IMG/VR virus record: IMGVR_UViG_3300033067_000862 | Coordinates: 1-35,190 of that record | DNA length: 35,190 nt | Source: a virus | Lineage: Duplodnaviria; Caudoviricetes | Direction: 5' to 3' (one strand) | In this document: positions 25,654 through 34,027 of the stretch, one piece after another | How positions within the stretch are numbered: position 1 is the first letter of the stretch | Layout: each line of letters opens with the position of its first letter | Position numbers and translations under genes: made by a program | Notes under the pieces: generated by a model | Database searches by the model: none | The model's input: the letters and a program-made list of their open reading frames with translations, nothing else | Told to the model about the DNA's origin: nothing

Positions 25654-26411
25654 TGGCCAGCGTTCAAGAAATCATAGATTATTACGTTAATCTGCTGATT
25701 ATCCAATATCACAACAAGCCAAAGGCTCAGGAGACCATTCGCCTGTTTGCCGATACCATGCTTGCCAGCGGTGTGATGCTGGACGTAGAGAACGGATACA
25801 ATCTGGACACTGCGGTTGGTAAGCAGCTGGATATAATCGGAAAATATGAGGGTGTTGACCGTTTTTATAAGGATTTTGATTTAACAGATTATTTCGGCGT
25901 GCAAACCTACACGGAACCAGCACCGACATTCCCTCCCCGCCATGGCCTGACTGATTATGCAAGCTATGACACCGATCCGCCAAAGGGGACGCTGAAATAT
26001 TCCGATATCATCAGCTTTAATGCCCAGCTCTTGGATGATGCATTCCGCACGCTGATTAAGTTAAAAATCATCCAGAATTATTCTAACCATGCTGATGGCG
26101 ATATTGATGACAGGCTTTTTGCTCTTTTTGGCACTGGCATATCAATGGAAGACCCGCAGAACATGCGGATTGTGTATTTCATCACGCTTGCCGAATCAGC
26201 CCTTATTGATGCCATCATCTATAAAAAGGTTTTACCGCGGCCGATGGCTGTGACAGGATTGATTGTCAGCGGAACCATCGGACTGGTATTTGGCCTCACA
26301 GATTATTATGGAGCTGCCCCATCCACTTTTGGTTATGGCTTTTCAACTTATGCCGACTATGATAGTTTGTCTGGCACAGTTTTAACTTACAATAATATTC
26401 AGGTGGCATGA
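25653..26411 (+). CDS. Baseplate wedge protein (DUF2612 type)
   Basis: LLIIQYHNKPKA, LDTAVGKQLDIIGK..GVDR, DDAFRTLIKLKI, LPRPMAV; start reassigned to the TAATG overlap at 25653. Confidence 0.88.
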   Translation: MASVQEIIDYYVNLLIIQYHNKPKAQETIRLFADTMLASGVMLDVENGYNLDTAVGKQLDIIGKYEGVDRFYKDFDLTDYFGVQTYTEPAPTFPPRHGLTDYASYDTDPPKGTLKYSDIISFNAQLLDDAFRTLIKLKIIQNYSNHADGDIDDRLFALFGTGISMEDPQNMRIVYFITLAESALIDAIIYKKVLPRPMAVTGLIVSGTIGLVFGLTDYYGAAPSTFGYGFSTYADYDSLSGTVLTYNNIQVA

Positions 26412-27298
26412 TGGCTCGTATTCCTCGCGTAACGCAGAAAATCTTTGCAGGCAGTGCTGTCAATAATGGCGTATTTGGCTCTGGGCAGGATGGCACAAAG
26501 GTCACCACAAACGACCTTGCAACCTTGATGAGCAAGCCAGCATGGCTTCTTGGTTGGGCTGCGGCTGTTTTAGGCGGTCAAAAATTCCCACCACTTGAAG
26601 AATTGCAATCATCGCTTTTTGTGCATTCGCAGCAGGTTGCGTATTTACTACAGCAAGGCATTTCAGAATATGACGCTGGCACCACTTATTTCATTGGGAA
26701 TATCTGCGTAAAGGCTGGCACAACCGAGCTTTATTCATCGCTCACCGACAACAATACAGGAAACGCTCTTTCGGACGCTTCCAAATGGAAGGCTCTGGTC
26801 GACCTTGGCGCTGGTTATGCGCGGTCGGGGGCAAATGCCGATATTTCAACATTAAGCATCATCACTGACTTATTTACCCCCGGCGCTGGTAATATCTTAA
26901 ATCTTCACAGCGACCAGTACATCGGTCACGTCAATCGCGCTGGCTCTGCTTTTGTTAAAGCAAAATTCTTGCCCGGCACGACCACCAATGATGGCGTGAC
27001 GTTTGACCAATTCCCAACCTCGACCGCAGCTAATTATGTCGCGGTTAAGTTACCCGGTGGCGTTGTCATTCAAGCATTCAGCGTTGCTTTTGGTGGTGCG
27101 CCCGGCGGCCAAACTGTGACCTTCCCTGTTGCGCACACCACGCGCGCCTTTGTCACTGGCGTTGCGGATTCTGGAGCAAGCGTGAATTCTGACATTGTTG
27201 AGGTTAGCGCAATTACCGCTACAAACTTTAATCTGTTTATGGGGTCAGGCGGCGCTCCACAGGCAGGGACTGCTTATTGCGTATCAGTGGGGATTTAA
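26408..27298 (+). CDS. Tail fibre protein
   Basis: YLLQQGISEYDAGTTY anchor region; ARSGANADISTLS shaft; C-terminal KLPGGVVIQ...TVTFPVA domain; no signal peptide. Confidence 0.88.
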   Translation: MMARIPRVTQKIFAGSAVNNGVFGSGQDGTKVTTNDLATLMSKPAWLLGWAAAVLGGQKFPPLEELQSSLFVHSQQVAYLLQQGISEYDAGTTYFIGNICVKAGTTELYSSLTDNNTGNALSDASKWKALVDLGAGYARSGANADISTLSIITDLFTPGAGNILNLHSDQYIGHVNRAGSAFVKAKFLPGTTTNDGVTFDQFPTSTAANYVAVKLPGGVVIQAFSVAFGGAPGGQTVTFPVAHTTRAFVTGVADSGASVNSDIVEVSAITATNFNLFMGSGGAPQAGTAYCVSVGI

Positions 27299-27301
27299 AA
27301 C

Positions 27302-27847
27302 ATGACCAAGTTTTATTCAAAAGAAACAGGCGGCTTTTACGATACAGCATTCCATGGCGAGAAAACCATGCAGGTGCCAGACCCAAACTGGAAGCCAGCC
27401 ACTCATTTTGTGACGGTTAAAACCTACGTTCCTGAAAAAACCACCGAAATTATTGATGGCGTTGAGGTTGAGAAGGAAGTGAACGTTGAGGTTGAAGCTG
27501 AGGTTGAGCAGGAATTGCCCGATCAGCATGCGCCATTAATCACGGTTCCTAACCCATTCTGCACCATTCCATCGGATGCGGTCGAGCTATCGGATGATGA
27601 ATTCGCCAGCTCTATGAAGGGTAACCTTGAGGATATCAAGAAAATTGAAAGCTCAGAAGATGGCCGCCCCATGCTAGTTGACCATCCTGAGCCCACTGAG
27701 GAGGATAAAATCGCCTCACAGATTGCTGTGCTTCAGTATAGCATCACTCAGGAAAAACGCGACAAAGCAATATTTGACGATGAGGCTCGCGCTTGGCTTA
27801 AGGATATTTATGCGCAAATTGACAAACTGCGTAAAAAATTAAAATAG
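27302..27847 (+). CDS. Tail fibre assembly chaperone-like protein
   Basis: FYSKETGGFYDTAFHG...IPSDAVELSDDE...DGRPMLVD follows the fibre gene. Confidence 0.78.
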   Translation: MTKFYSKETGGFYDTAFHGEKTMQVPDPNWKPATHFVTVKTYVPEKTTEIIDGVEVEKEVNVEVEAEVEQELPDQHAPLITVPNPFCTIPSDAVELSDDEFASSMKGNLEDIKKIESSEDGRPMLVDHPEPTEEDKIASQIAVLQYSITQEKRDKAIFDDEARAWLKDIYAQIDKLRKKLK

Positions 27848-27855
27848 GGGTCATC

Positions 27856-29853
27856 ATGAAAAAGATTAGCTGGCTTGGCCTTGTTGCAATTATGGCCTGC
27901 CTTGCGCTGCCTGCTTTTGCGGTAACGCCAACCTCGACCGTCAACCCCAATGCTCCAGCACAGAATTCCGCGCTTTCATCGGCAACGCTGCGCGCTAATT
28001 TTCTTGCTGCATACAACGATATTAATGCGCTTTGGACATCTATTTATTCGGGCGTTGGAAATGTTGTGTCATCGGTATTCGGTCGCACTGGAGCTATCAC
28101 AGCCCAATATGGCGATTATTCGTTCAGCCAAATATCAGGCACAAATCCGATCGCACAAGGCGGTACTGGGCAAACCAACCAGCAGGCCGCCATCAACGCT
28201 TTAACTGGCAGCCAATCATCCGGGAAATATTTACGCAGTGATGGCACAAATGCGGCTCTATCATCTATTTTGGCTGCGGACGTGCCAACATTAAACCAGA
28301 ACACCACTGGAACCGCAGCAAATATCACCGCATCATCTAATTCATCACTGACAACCCTCCCTTCTTTATCACTGCCATATTCCCAATTAACTGGGGTTCC
28401 GGTGACGGGTGTATCAAGTGTATTTTCACGTAGTGGCGCAGTAACTGCGCAAAGCGGCGATTATTCTGTCGGTCAAGTAACGGGCGCTGCCCCTATCGCA
28501 TCGCCAACATTTACCGGAACCATCACCACGCCAGCGGCTCGCATCTCTGGTTTTTCAGCGGCTGGAATTGTTTCTAATGATTCCTCTGGTAATCTCACAA
28601 CCACCCCAAGGTGCAGCCTTAATCAATTTGCATTTATTGGCGATAGCAGATTGGCGCAAGTCACCGTTACAAACCCACCACAAAGCCCAAGATTTAACGG
28701 ATACCACTGGTTCACATTAGCCAATAATTTAATTGGCAATCGGATGTTTTTACCATCAGGAAACATTCAGGCTTTATCTGGGTTGCGCTCAGACCAATAC
28801 ACGGCTTCGATATATACAACGCCAGTTTATGCAAGCAACGCCTGCAATCTCATAATTTATGGTGCAGTTAATGATATAGGGCAGAATTACCCCACTGCAG
28901 GAACATCAGGTTCAACTGCTTACGCCAACATTAAGGCTGTTGCGGATGTGTGGACTTCAATGGGGCGGCGCGTAATTCTTCCAACCGAAACCGGGGCAAC
29001 AAGCCAAGCTGGGAATTCTACGCAGGTGGGGCAAACAGCAGTATTTAATAGATTAATTCGTCAATATTGCACTGAAAACCCTAATTGCGTTTTGTTTGAT
29101 GTTGCTGGGGTTTTTATGGATCCAACCCAGACCATGGCGTTTCGCACAAACGTGTCTGGAGATGGCGTTCATCCAAATCTTGTAGGTGGAGTGCTGGCAG
29201 GCGGTCGTGCTTTTGCGCAACTCATGGCTCCATTGGTGCCTGCGTATGGCGGATTAGTGACCACACCCGGAGAGGTTTTTGCCAATGGCGGCGTTCAGTG
29301 GTTCCCAAATCCAACATTTCAAACCACCACAGGTGGTAACTGTGTCACCACGGCAAATTTAACAGTCAGCGGCTCCCAGCCTCTTGGCATAACTTCATGC
29401 TCTGCTGACGTATCTGGCTCGACCCTCACATCAAGCATTGCTGCAGGAGCTTATGGTAATGACTGGGTTCTTGCCATGTCCATGCCGTCAGGTGGGCGAT
29501 TGCATATTCAAATGGATTTAACCAGCATCGGCACCGAAAATCCCGGCGATATTTTTACTGCAAATGCCGAGTATGATGTGGCGGCTGGAGCCACTAATTT
29601 TCAAGGATGCAGCTTTCAATTTGAGAGCAACCGGAATGCCAGCACTACTTTTACAATATCGAATTACGAAACCACATCGAATGGTTTTTTTGATAGCACT
29701 GCTAAAACCTTTCAAATCCAAAGCCCGCCACTTACGGTGCAAACCGGAACCCGCGGCTGGTTAACGAATTATCTTGATTGTTATTTCAGCGGCGCTGGCA
29801 GTGCCACCATCAATTTGCGCCGGGTGGGAATTTGGCGTAGGCAGGCTTCATAG
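27856..29853 (+). CDS. Signal-peptide-bearing fibre/spike-like protein with SGNH esterase and C-terminal beta-sandwich
   Basis: Signal MKKISWLGLVAIMACLALPAFA; fibre motifs VSSVFxRxGAxTAQxGDYS (twice), PIAQGGTG, APIASPTFTG; SGNH blocks FIGDS, GAVND, DGVHPN. Confidence 0.85.
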   Translation: MKKISWLGLVAIMACLALPAFAVTPTSTVNPNAPAQNSALSSATLRANFLAAYNDINALWTSIYSGVGNVVSSVFGRTGAITAQYGDYSFSQISGTNPIAQGGTGQTNQQAAINALTGSQSSGKYLRSDGTNAALSSILAADVPTLNQNTTGTAANITASSNSSLTTLPSLSLPYSQLTGVPVTGVSSVFSRSGAVTAQSGDYSVGQVTGAAPIASPTFTGTITTPAARISGFSAAGIVSNDSSGNLTTTPRCSLNQFAFIGDSRLAQVTVTNPPQSPRFNGYHWFTLANNLIGNRMFLPSGNIQALSGLRSDQYTASIYTTPVYASNACNLIIYGAVNDIGQNYPTAGTSGSTAYANIKAVADVWTSMGRRVILPTETGATSQAGNSTQVGQTAVFNRLIRQYCTENPNCVLFDVAGVFMDPTQTMAFRTNVSGDGVHPNLVGGVLAGGRAFAQLMAPLVPAYGGLVTTPGEVFANGGVQWFPNPTFQTTTGGNCVTTANLTVSGSQPLGITSCSADVSGSTLTSSIAAGAYGNDWVLAMSMPSGGRLHIQMDLTSIGTENPGDIFTANAEYDVAAGATNFQGCSFQFESNRNASTTFTISNYETTSNGFFDSTAKTFQIQSPPLTVQTGTRGWLTNYLDCYFSGAGSATINLRRVGIWRRQAS

Positions 29854-29862
29854 GGGATTGGC

Positions 29863-31008
29863 ATGAAAAACTTTTTTATCGGATTACTTTTTTGTTTATC
29901 TCCAGCGTTTCTGCTTGCTGCACCTGTTGACCAGTACATCGACCCAACGGGCGCAATCCAGATTCTACAGCCATCGAATTCGCTTTATTCCCCCAATGGC
30001 ATAAGCCTGACATCCCGTGCTGCACCCGGCGCTGGTACATTGGCGGCATCGACTGTATCCGCCTCCACTGGCATCACAACAGGCACGCTTTCTGTCTCTG
30101 GCACTCTCAGTGGCGCAGGCATATCAACCTACCTTGCATCGCCACCTGCGATTGGTGGCACTGCAGCAGCAGCTGGTAGTTTTACTACTTTAAATGCTAC
30201 ACAAAGCATTATTACTACCACTTCAGGAGGAACACCTTTTTGTGCAGGTTTAAGTGGTTGCACAAGCCCTCTATTTACCATGACCTTAAATGGTACTGGC
30301 GGTACTACTTTAAATATGCAGTCTCGGCCTGCAGGTAATGGCACCCTTTTTAGTTTTGGGTCTAGCAATACCGATGAAGGAGCAATCCTTTTATCAAAAG
30401 GCGCTGGTAATATAACCATTCAAAACAATAGCTCAGTATCAAATAACTCTGCACCTACTTTTGTAATAAATAACTCTGATAATACTTCTGGAGCTGGGAC
30501 TTCGACCTCTATTCGACACGGCGGGCGCGACATAGGCATCTTGTCTTGCTTTTCGGAAGATACCAGCACATTAACCGGAAACTGTTCTTTTTTTGCGTTT
30601 AATGCTGGCACAGCCACGCGGGCTTGGCGCGCTGATAAAAGTGGTAATGTTGGAATTAAAGCAAGTATTGGGGCACCGCAGGCATCTCTTGATGTTCAGG
30701 GAGGTCAGTTTTTAGTGCGCGGCGGTAGCGCCCCTACTATATCTTCATGTGGCACTTCACCTGTTGCGCCATCCGGATCGGATGCATCCTTTACATTTAC
30801 TTCTGGAAGTGGCGCTCTAACGTCTTGTGTTATTAATTTTGGCACCACATGGCTCACTGCACCAAAGACATGTCACCTTCAGCCAATGAATGCCGCGGCG
30901 GCATTGCAACAAACCACGGGTGCATATGTTTCTGGTATAAGCACGACCCAATTAACCATCACCGGACTTAATCTCACCAGCGTTGCTTATGGCGTTAAAT
31001 GTCACTGA
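29863..31008 (+). CDS. Signal-peptide-bearing fibre-like protein
   Basis: Signal MKNFFIGLLFCLSPAFLLA; S/T/G-rich; SPPAIGGTAAAAGSFTTL, GNVGI...PQASLDVQG; Cys-rich C-terminal domain. Confidence 0.8.
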   Translation: MKNFFIGLLFCLSPAFLLAAPVDQYIDPTGAIQILQPSNSLYSPNGISLTSRAAPGAGTLAASTVSASTGITTGTLSVSGTLSGAGISTYLASPPAIGGTAAAAGSFTTLNATQSIITTTSGGTPFCAGLSGCTSPLFTMTLNGTGGTTLNMQSRPAGNGTLFSFGSSNTDEGAILLSKGAGNITIQNNSSVSNNSAPTFVINNSDNTSGAGTSTSIRHGGRDIGILSCFSEDTSTLTGNCSFFAFNAGTATRAWRADKSGNVGIKASIGAPQASLDVQGGQFLVRGGSAPTISSCGTSPVAPSGSDASFTFTSGSGALTSCVINFGTTWLTAPKTCHLQPMNAAAALQQTTGAYVSGISTTQLTITGLNLTSVAYGVKCH

Positions 31009-31026
31009 TATTATTGCGGATAAAAA

Positions 31027-31392
31027 ATGAAAGTTTTTGTTGAATTAATCAAAGACACGGTTATCGCCATTAAATGCTTTTTTGATTGGCCGATGCTCTG
31101 GACGCGCATTTACTGCACGGCTGCTTTGATATTTATCGGTTATCAACTAAATTATATAGCTGAAAAGAACAGCGACAGCGTGCTGCATCGCTCTCTTGCC
31201 GATGGCTACCAATGGCTTGGCATGCTGATTATTGCATTCTATGTTGCACCCAAGGTGTTTGATGTCATCATGGCCGCATTCGTCCAGATGCGGACTGGAC
31301 AAAAAGTTTCCATTCCAGATACGCAATCAATTAAAGAAACAAACGTTCCCGTAAAAGAAACTCAAATTTCAAACAATCCGCCAGCTGCTTAA
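31027..31392 (+). CDS. Two-TM membrane protein, holin/antiholin candidate
   Basis: Two hydrophobic helices and a polar C-tail; start of the lysis region. Confidence 0.6.
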   Translation: MKVFVELIKDTVIAIKCFFDWPMLWTRIYCTAALIFIGYQLNYIAEKNSDSVLHRSLADGYQWLGMLIIAFYVAPKVFDVIMAAFVQMRTGQKVSIPDTQSIKETNVPVKETQISNNPPAA

Positions 31393-31465
31393 TAATAAAA
31401 TCCTTATATCTCCGCCATGAATCGTGATATGGCGTTTATGTATGTTGAATTGACGGGGTCTGAAA

Positions 31466-31753
31466 ATGGGTGTAAATACCAAAAATCACGGCGATGGTGG
31501 CGGCTATTGTGATTGCTGCATTGAATTGCAACAGAGGGTGTCTAGCTTGGAAGCCTTTAAACAAACCCAAGAGCGAGATATTGACCGATTAGTCGGCTCT
31601 CTTGGTGTTACCAATGAGAAACTTGGCGCTGCGATAAATGTGATGACTGAAATCAAAACCACCCAGCGCATCACGCACGTCATAGCTGGTTTTGGTGGTA
31701 CTGCATTAGGCGGAGCACTGCAGTGGATTTTCCACAAGGTTGGCCTTTCATGA
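31466..31753 (+). CDS. Coiled-coil plus C-terminal TM protein (holin-associated)
   Basis: QRVSSLE coiled coil followed by a Gly-rich hydrophobic helix. Confidence 0.65.
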   Translation: MGVNTKNHGDGGGYCDCCIELQQRVSSLEAFKQTQERDIDRLVGSLGVTNEKLGAAINVMTEIKTTQRITHVIAGFGGTALGGALQWIFHKVGLS

Positions 31754-32355
31754 TCGCAGTTTCTTTTTCGTCACTTATTTGCGGACTTGCCTATCGCCTG
31801 CGCGGCGGCGGATTTGTAGCATTCCAATCTTCCATTTTGCCGCGCGCAATCTGGGGTGCTGTGATCGCTCTGGCATATTTTTTCACTGCCACTTCTCATT
31901 CATTGGTTCGTGACATTTACGCTCCATTGCTGATTTTTTTATCGTATGCCGCTTTGATGGTGCCGCATGCGTATTGCCAGAACATGGGGCGCTGGCCTGT
32001 CCCTCAAAATCGGTGGCCTTCATTCTTTATGCCCACTCTGGAGCAAATTGACTGGTCAGTCATGGTGCCGTGGCAGCGGTTTGTTTATGATTTTATCTGC
32101 ATGACTGGGGTTGGTTTTTTTCGTTCTCTGATAGCTTTCCTGCCCTTCCTGATTGTTCATAACCTTGTGGATGGCTCTTGGCCTGTAATTCAGGTTGTGC
32201 AGGCGGTTGCGGTGCTTTCGGTAGGTCAGCCGCTTGCGTATAGTTTTGGTTATCTAATGCCCATTACCATCGGCGGCTCGCTTGCCCAGCGCAGCACCGA
32301 ATGGGGTGAGTTCTTTAACGGTATGGTCTGGGCTTTTGCAGTGGCATGCCTATGA
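31750..32355 (+). CDS. Multi-pass membrane protein of unknown function
   Basis: About 5-6 hydrophobic segments; AYRLRGGG and TEWGEFFNG; ATGA-coupled at both ends (start reassigned to 31750). Confidence 0.75.
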   Translation: MIAVSFSSLICGLAYRLRGGGFVAFQSSILPRAIWGAVIALAYFFTATSHSLVRDIYAPLLIFLSYAALMVPHAYCQNMGRWPVPQNRWPSFFMPTLEQIDWSVMVPWQRFVYDFICMTGVGFFRSLIAFLPFLIVHNLVDGSWPVIQVVQAVAVLSVGQPLAYSFGYLMPITIGGSLAQRSTEWGEFFNGMVWAFAVACL

Positions 32356-32837
32356 CACCTAATCGAAAAGCCTTCCTTGACATGCTGGCCAAGGCCGAGG
32401 GCACTAGCACGGTCGTGGGCAGCGATAATGGTTATAATGTTTTGGTGGGTTCTTTGCCTAAGAAGCCTATGCTTTTCAAAGATTACAGCAAGCACCCGCA
32501 CATCTACAATCGCGCCTTAAATTCCACGGCGGCCGGGCGTTATCAAATCATTTTCTCAACATACATTCGGCTTTGCAAAATACTGAAAACCACCTCGTTT
32601 TCACCCGCTACTCAGGATGCCATGGCTATTGAGCTAATCCGGTCGCGTGGCGCACTTGCTTTGATTGATGCTGGTAATATAGATGCGGCTTGTGATAGAC
32701 TGCATGATGAGTGGGCAAGTTTGCCGGGCGGCTCATCCGGGCAGCACCAGCAGACCCTCTCGTTTCTAAAGACCGCATTTGTCGCTGCAGGCGGCACACT
32801 TTACGAGGCAACTCCCCATGTCAATCCAACTTCCTGA
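32352..32837 (+). CDS. Endolysin, lambda R-like lytic transglycosylase
   Basis: AFLDMLAKAEGT, GYNVLVG, STAAGRYQ, FSPATQD, EWASLPG. Confidence 0.95.
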   Translation: MTPNRKAFLDMLAKAEGTSTVVGSDNGYNVLVGSLPKKPMLFKDYSKHPHIYNRALNSTAAGRYQIIFSTYIRLCKILKTTSFSPATQDAMAIELIRSRGALALIDAGNIDAACDRLHDEWASLPGGSSGQHQQTLSFLKTAFVAAGGTLYEATPHVNPTS

Positions 32838-33225
32838 CCCATCCTCTGGTTTACAAAACACCATCAAAATTATCTCAATCGCTGCTGTTATTCTTGCTAT
32901 CGTTGCAAGTGGCGGCGCTTTGGTTTGGATGCTGAATGATGCTAAATCGCAATTAACCGCAGATGCCGTGTTAATCACAGCGCTGCAATCCCAGAATAAA
33001 ATCTGGGAGCAAGATGCAGAACGGGCAAATCAAGCCCTTAAAACTTTGAAAGACGAAACCCAGAAGCGCATGGATGATGCGGCTGCTGCGATTGCGGCTG
33101 CTGAAAAAGAGTCAAGCGAATATGCGCAGGCTGCTGCACGGATCACAGCTGAAAAGCCAATAGGAAGCGATTGCGCGGCCACAAAGGCTCTTTTTGATAC
33201 CTATTTTGAAGGGGCTGCACCATGA
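32818..33225 (+). CDS. Inner-membrane spanin (Rz-like)
   Basis: N-terminal TM, long Ala-rich coiled coil and a C-terminal Cys; follows the endolysin; start uncertain. Confidence 0.8.
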   Translation: MSIQLPDPSSGLQNTIKIISIAAVILAIVASGGALVWMLNDAKSQLTADAVLITALQSQNKIWEQDAERANQALKTLKDETQKRMDDAAAAIAAAEKESSEYAQAAARITAEKPIGSDCAATKALFDTYFEGAAP

Positions 33226-33482
33226 AATTGCTACCATGCCTATTTGCCTGCCTGCTTTTGGCATCCTGCGCTTCGCCTGAGGTGGTTTACACCCCTCAGC
33301 CTGTGAACGTGGCTGTCCCCGTTCCCTGCCACGTAGACCCCATAAAACCCCCGATTTGGCCTACCTCATTAATCTCTAAAAAAGCCCCAATGTTTGAAAA
33401 GGCACGGGCGCTGCTTTCCGAGAACAAATTGCGCCGGGCTTACGAGGCCAAATTGATAGCTGCGGTGAATTCCTGCCAGTGA
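33222..33482 (+). CDS. Outer-membrane spanin lipoprotein (Rz1-like)
   Basis: Lipobox LLLASC; Pro-rich VAVPVPC; terminal Cys. Confidence 0.87.
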   Translation: MKLLPCLFACLLLASCASPEVVYTPQPVNVAVPVPCHVDPIKPPIWPTSLISKKAPMFEKARALLSENKLRRAYEAKLIAAVNSCQ

Positions 33483-33503
33483 TGGCTTTGATGGTGGTGT
33501 GCA

Positions 33504-33707
33504 ATGCTTTATCGACCGCCAAATAAGACTTTTGTTTACCGCAAGGCATTTGCCCAGCCAGAACGTGGCGGCAGGACGTGGCGGGTCGTCACAGACACGA
33601 TTAAGCGCGCGGATGGTACTGTGGAGGCCAAAATCTACGAGCCCTCTCTACCGTCAAAATTTAGGGCTATGGCGCTGGCTAAAATCCTGAACCTGTCACG
33701 CTCATGA
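33504..33707 (+). CDS. Small basic hypothetical protein
   Basis: 67 aa; last co-oriented ORF of the late operon; weak SD. Confidence 0.45.
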   Translation: MLYRPPNKTFVYRKAFAQPERGGRTWRVVTDTIKRADGTVEAKIYEPSLPSKFRAMALAKILNLSRS

Positions 33708-33771
33708 ATATGGATGTTGTTCTATTCCCCGCGCGCATGACTGTTTTCTGGGTCATGGCCACGTATCAGCT

Positions 33772-33954
33772 TCAATGCAAGCTATGGGGTATCAGGTCGT
33801 GCTGAGATGCGGTCGCAAATGCAGTAAGCCGATTATTGCATGCGGTTAAAGTACCGCCTTCGCTACTCATGATTATGTAGATTGTTTCACCACTCAATTC
33901 TTTGTGTGGCTTAATGTAGCAGGTGTTTTCATCTAGTTCTTTGCGCACATCCAT
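33772..33954 (-). CDS. DUF1150-like small protein
   Basis: CYIKP...IYIIMSSEGGTL...NRLTAFATASQHDLIPHSLH matches the recalled DUF1150 C-terminus (R..AFA.A.QHDL.P.SVH); GGAG SD favours ATG 33954. Confidence 0.72.
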   Translation of the reverse strand: MDVRKELDENTCYIKPHKELSGETIYIIMSSEGGTLTACNNRLTAFATASQHDLIPHSLH

Positions 33955-33966
33955 GGCTTGCTCCAT

Positions 33967-34004
33967 AAAAAAACCACCATCAGTTTATCCCCGATGGTGG
34001 TTTT
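33967..34004 (-). terminator. Perfect 12-bp inverted repeat; terminator and/or operator
   Basis: AAAACCACCATC-11 nt-GATGGTGGTTTT; T7 run on the minus strand. Confidence 0.7.
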
Positions 34005-34010
34005 ATGCAA
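33982..34010 (-). promoter_or_regulatory. Sigma70-type promoter overlapping the inverted repeat
   Basis: Minus strand TTGCAT-17 nt-TAAACT, upstream of the DUF1150-like SD. Confidence 0.55.
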
Positions 34011-34027
34011 ATAATTACGCTTTGTTA

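Noticed and set aside
28066-28470. Repeated VSSVF.R.GA.TAQ.GDYS as a DGR or invertible repeat
   Set aside because: A short protein-level fibre repeat with diverged DNA; no reverse transcriptase or invertase in the window.
31413-31440. CGCCAT-10 nt-ATGGCG hairpin as a terminator
   Set aside because: Short stem, large loop and weak U-tract; cannot be supported.
33985-33993. TTATCCCCG as a DnaA box
   Set aside because: Only 7/9 match to TTATCCACA and a single copy; expected by chance.
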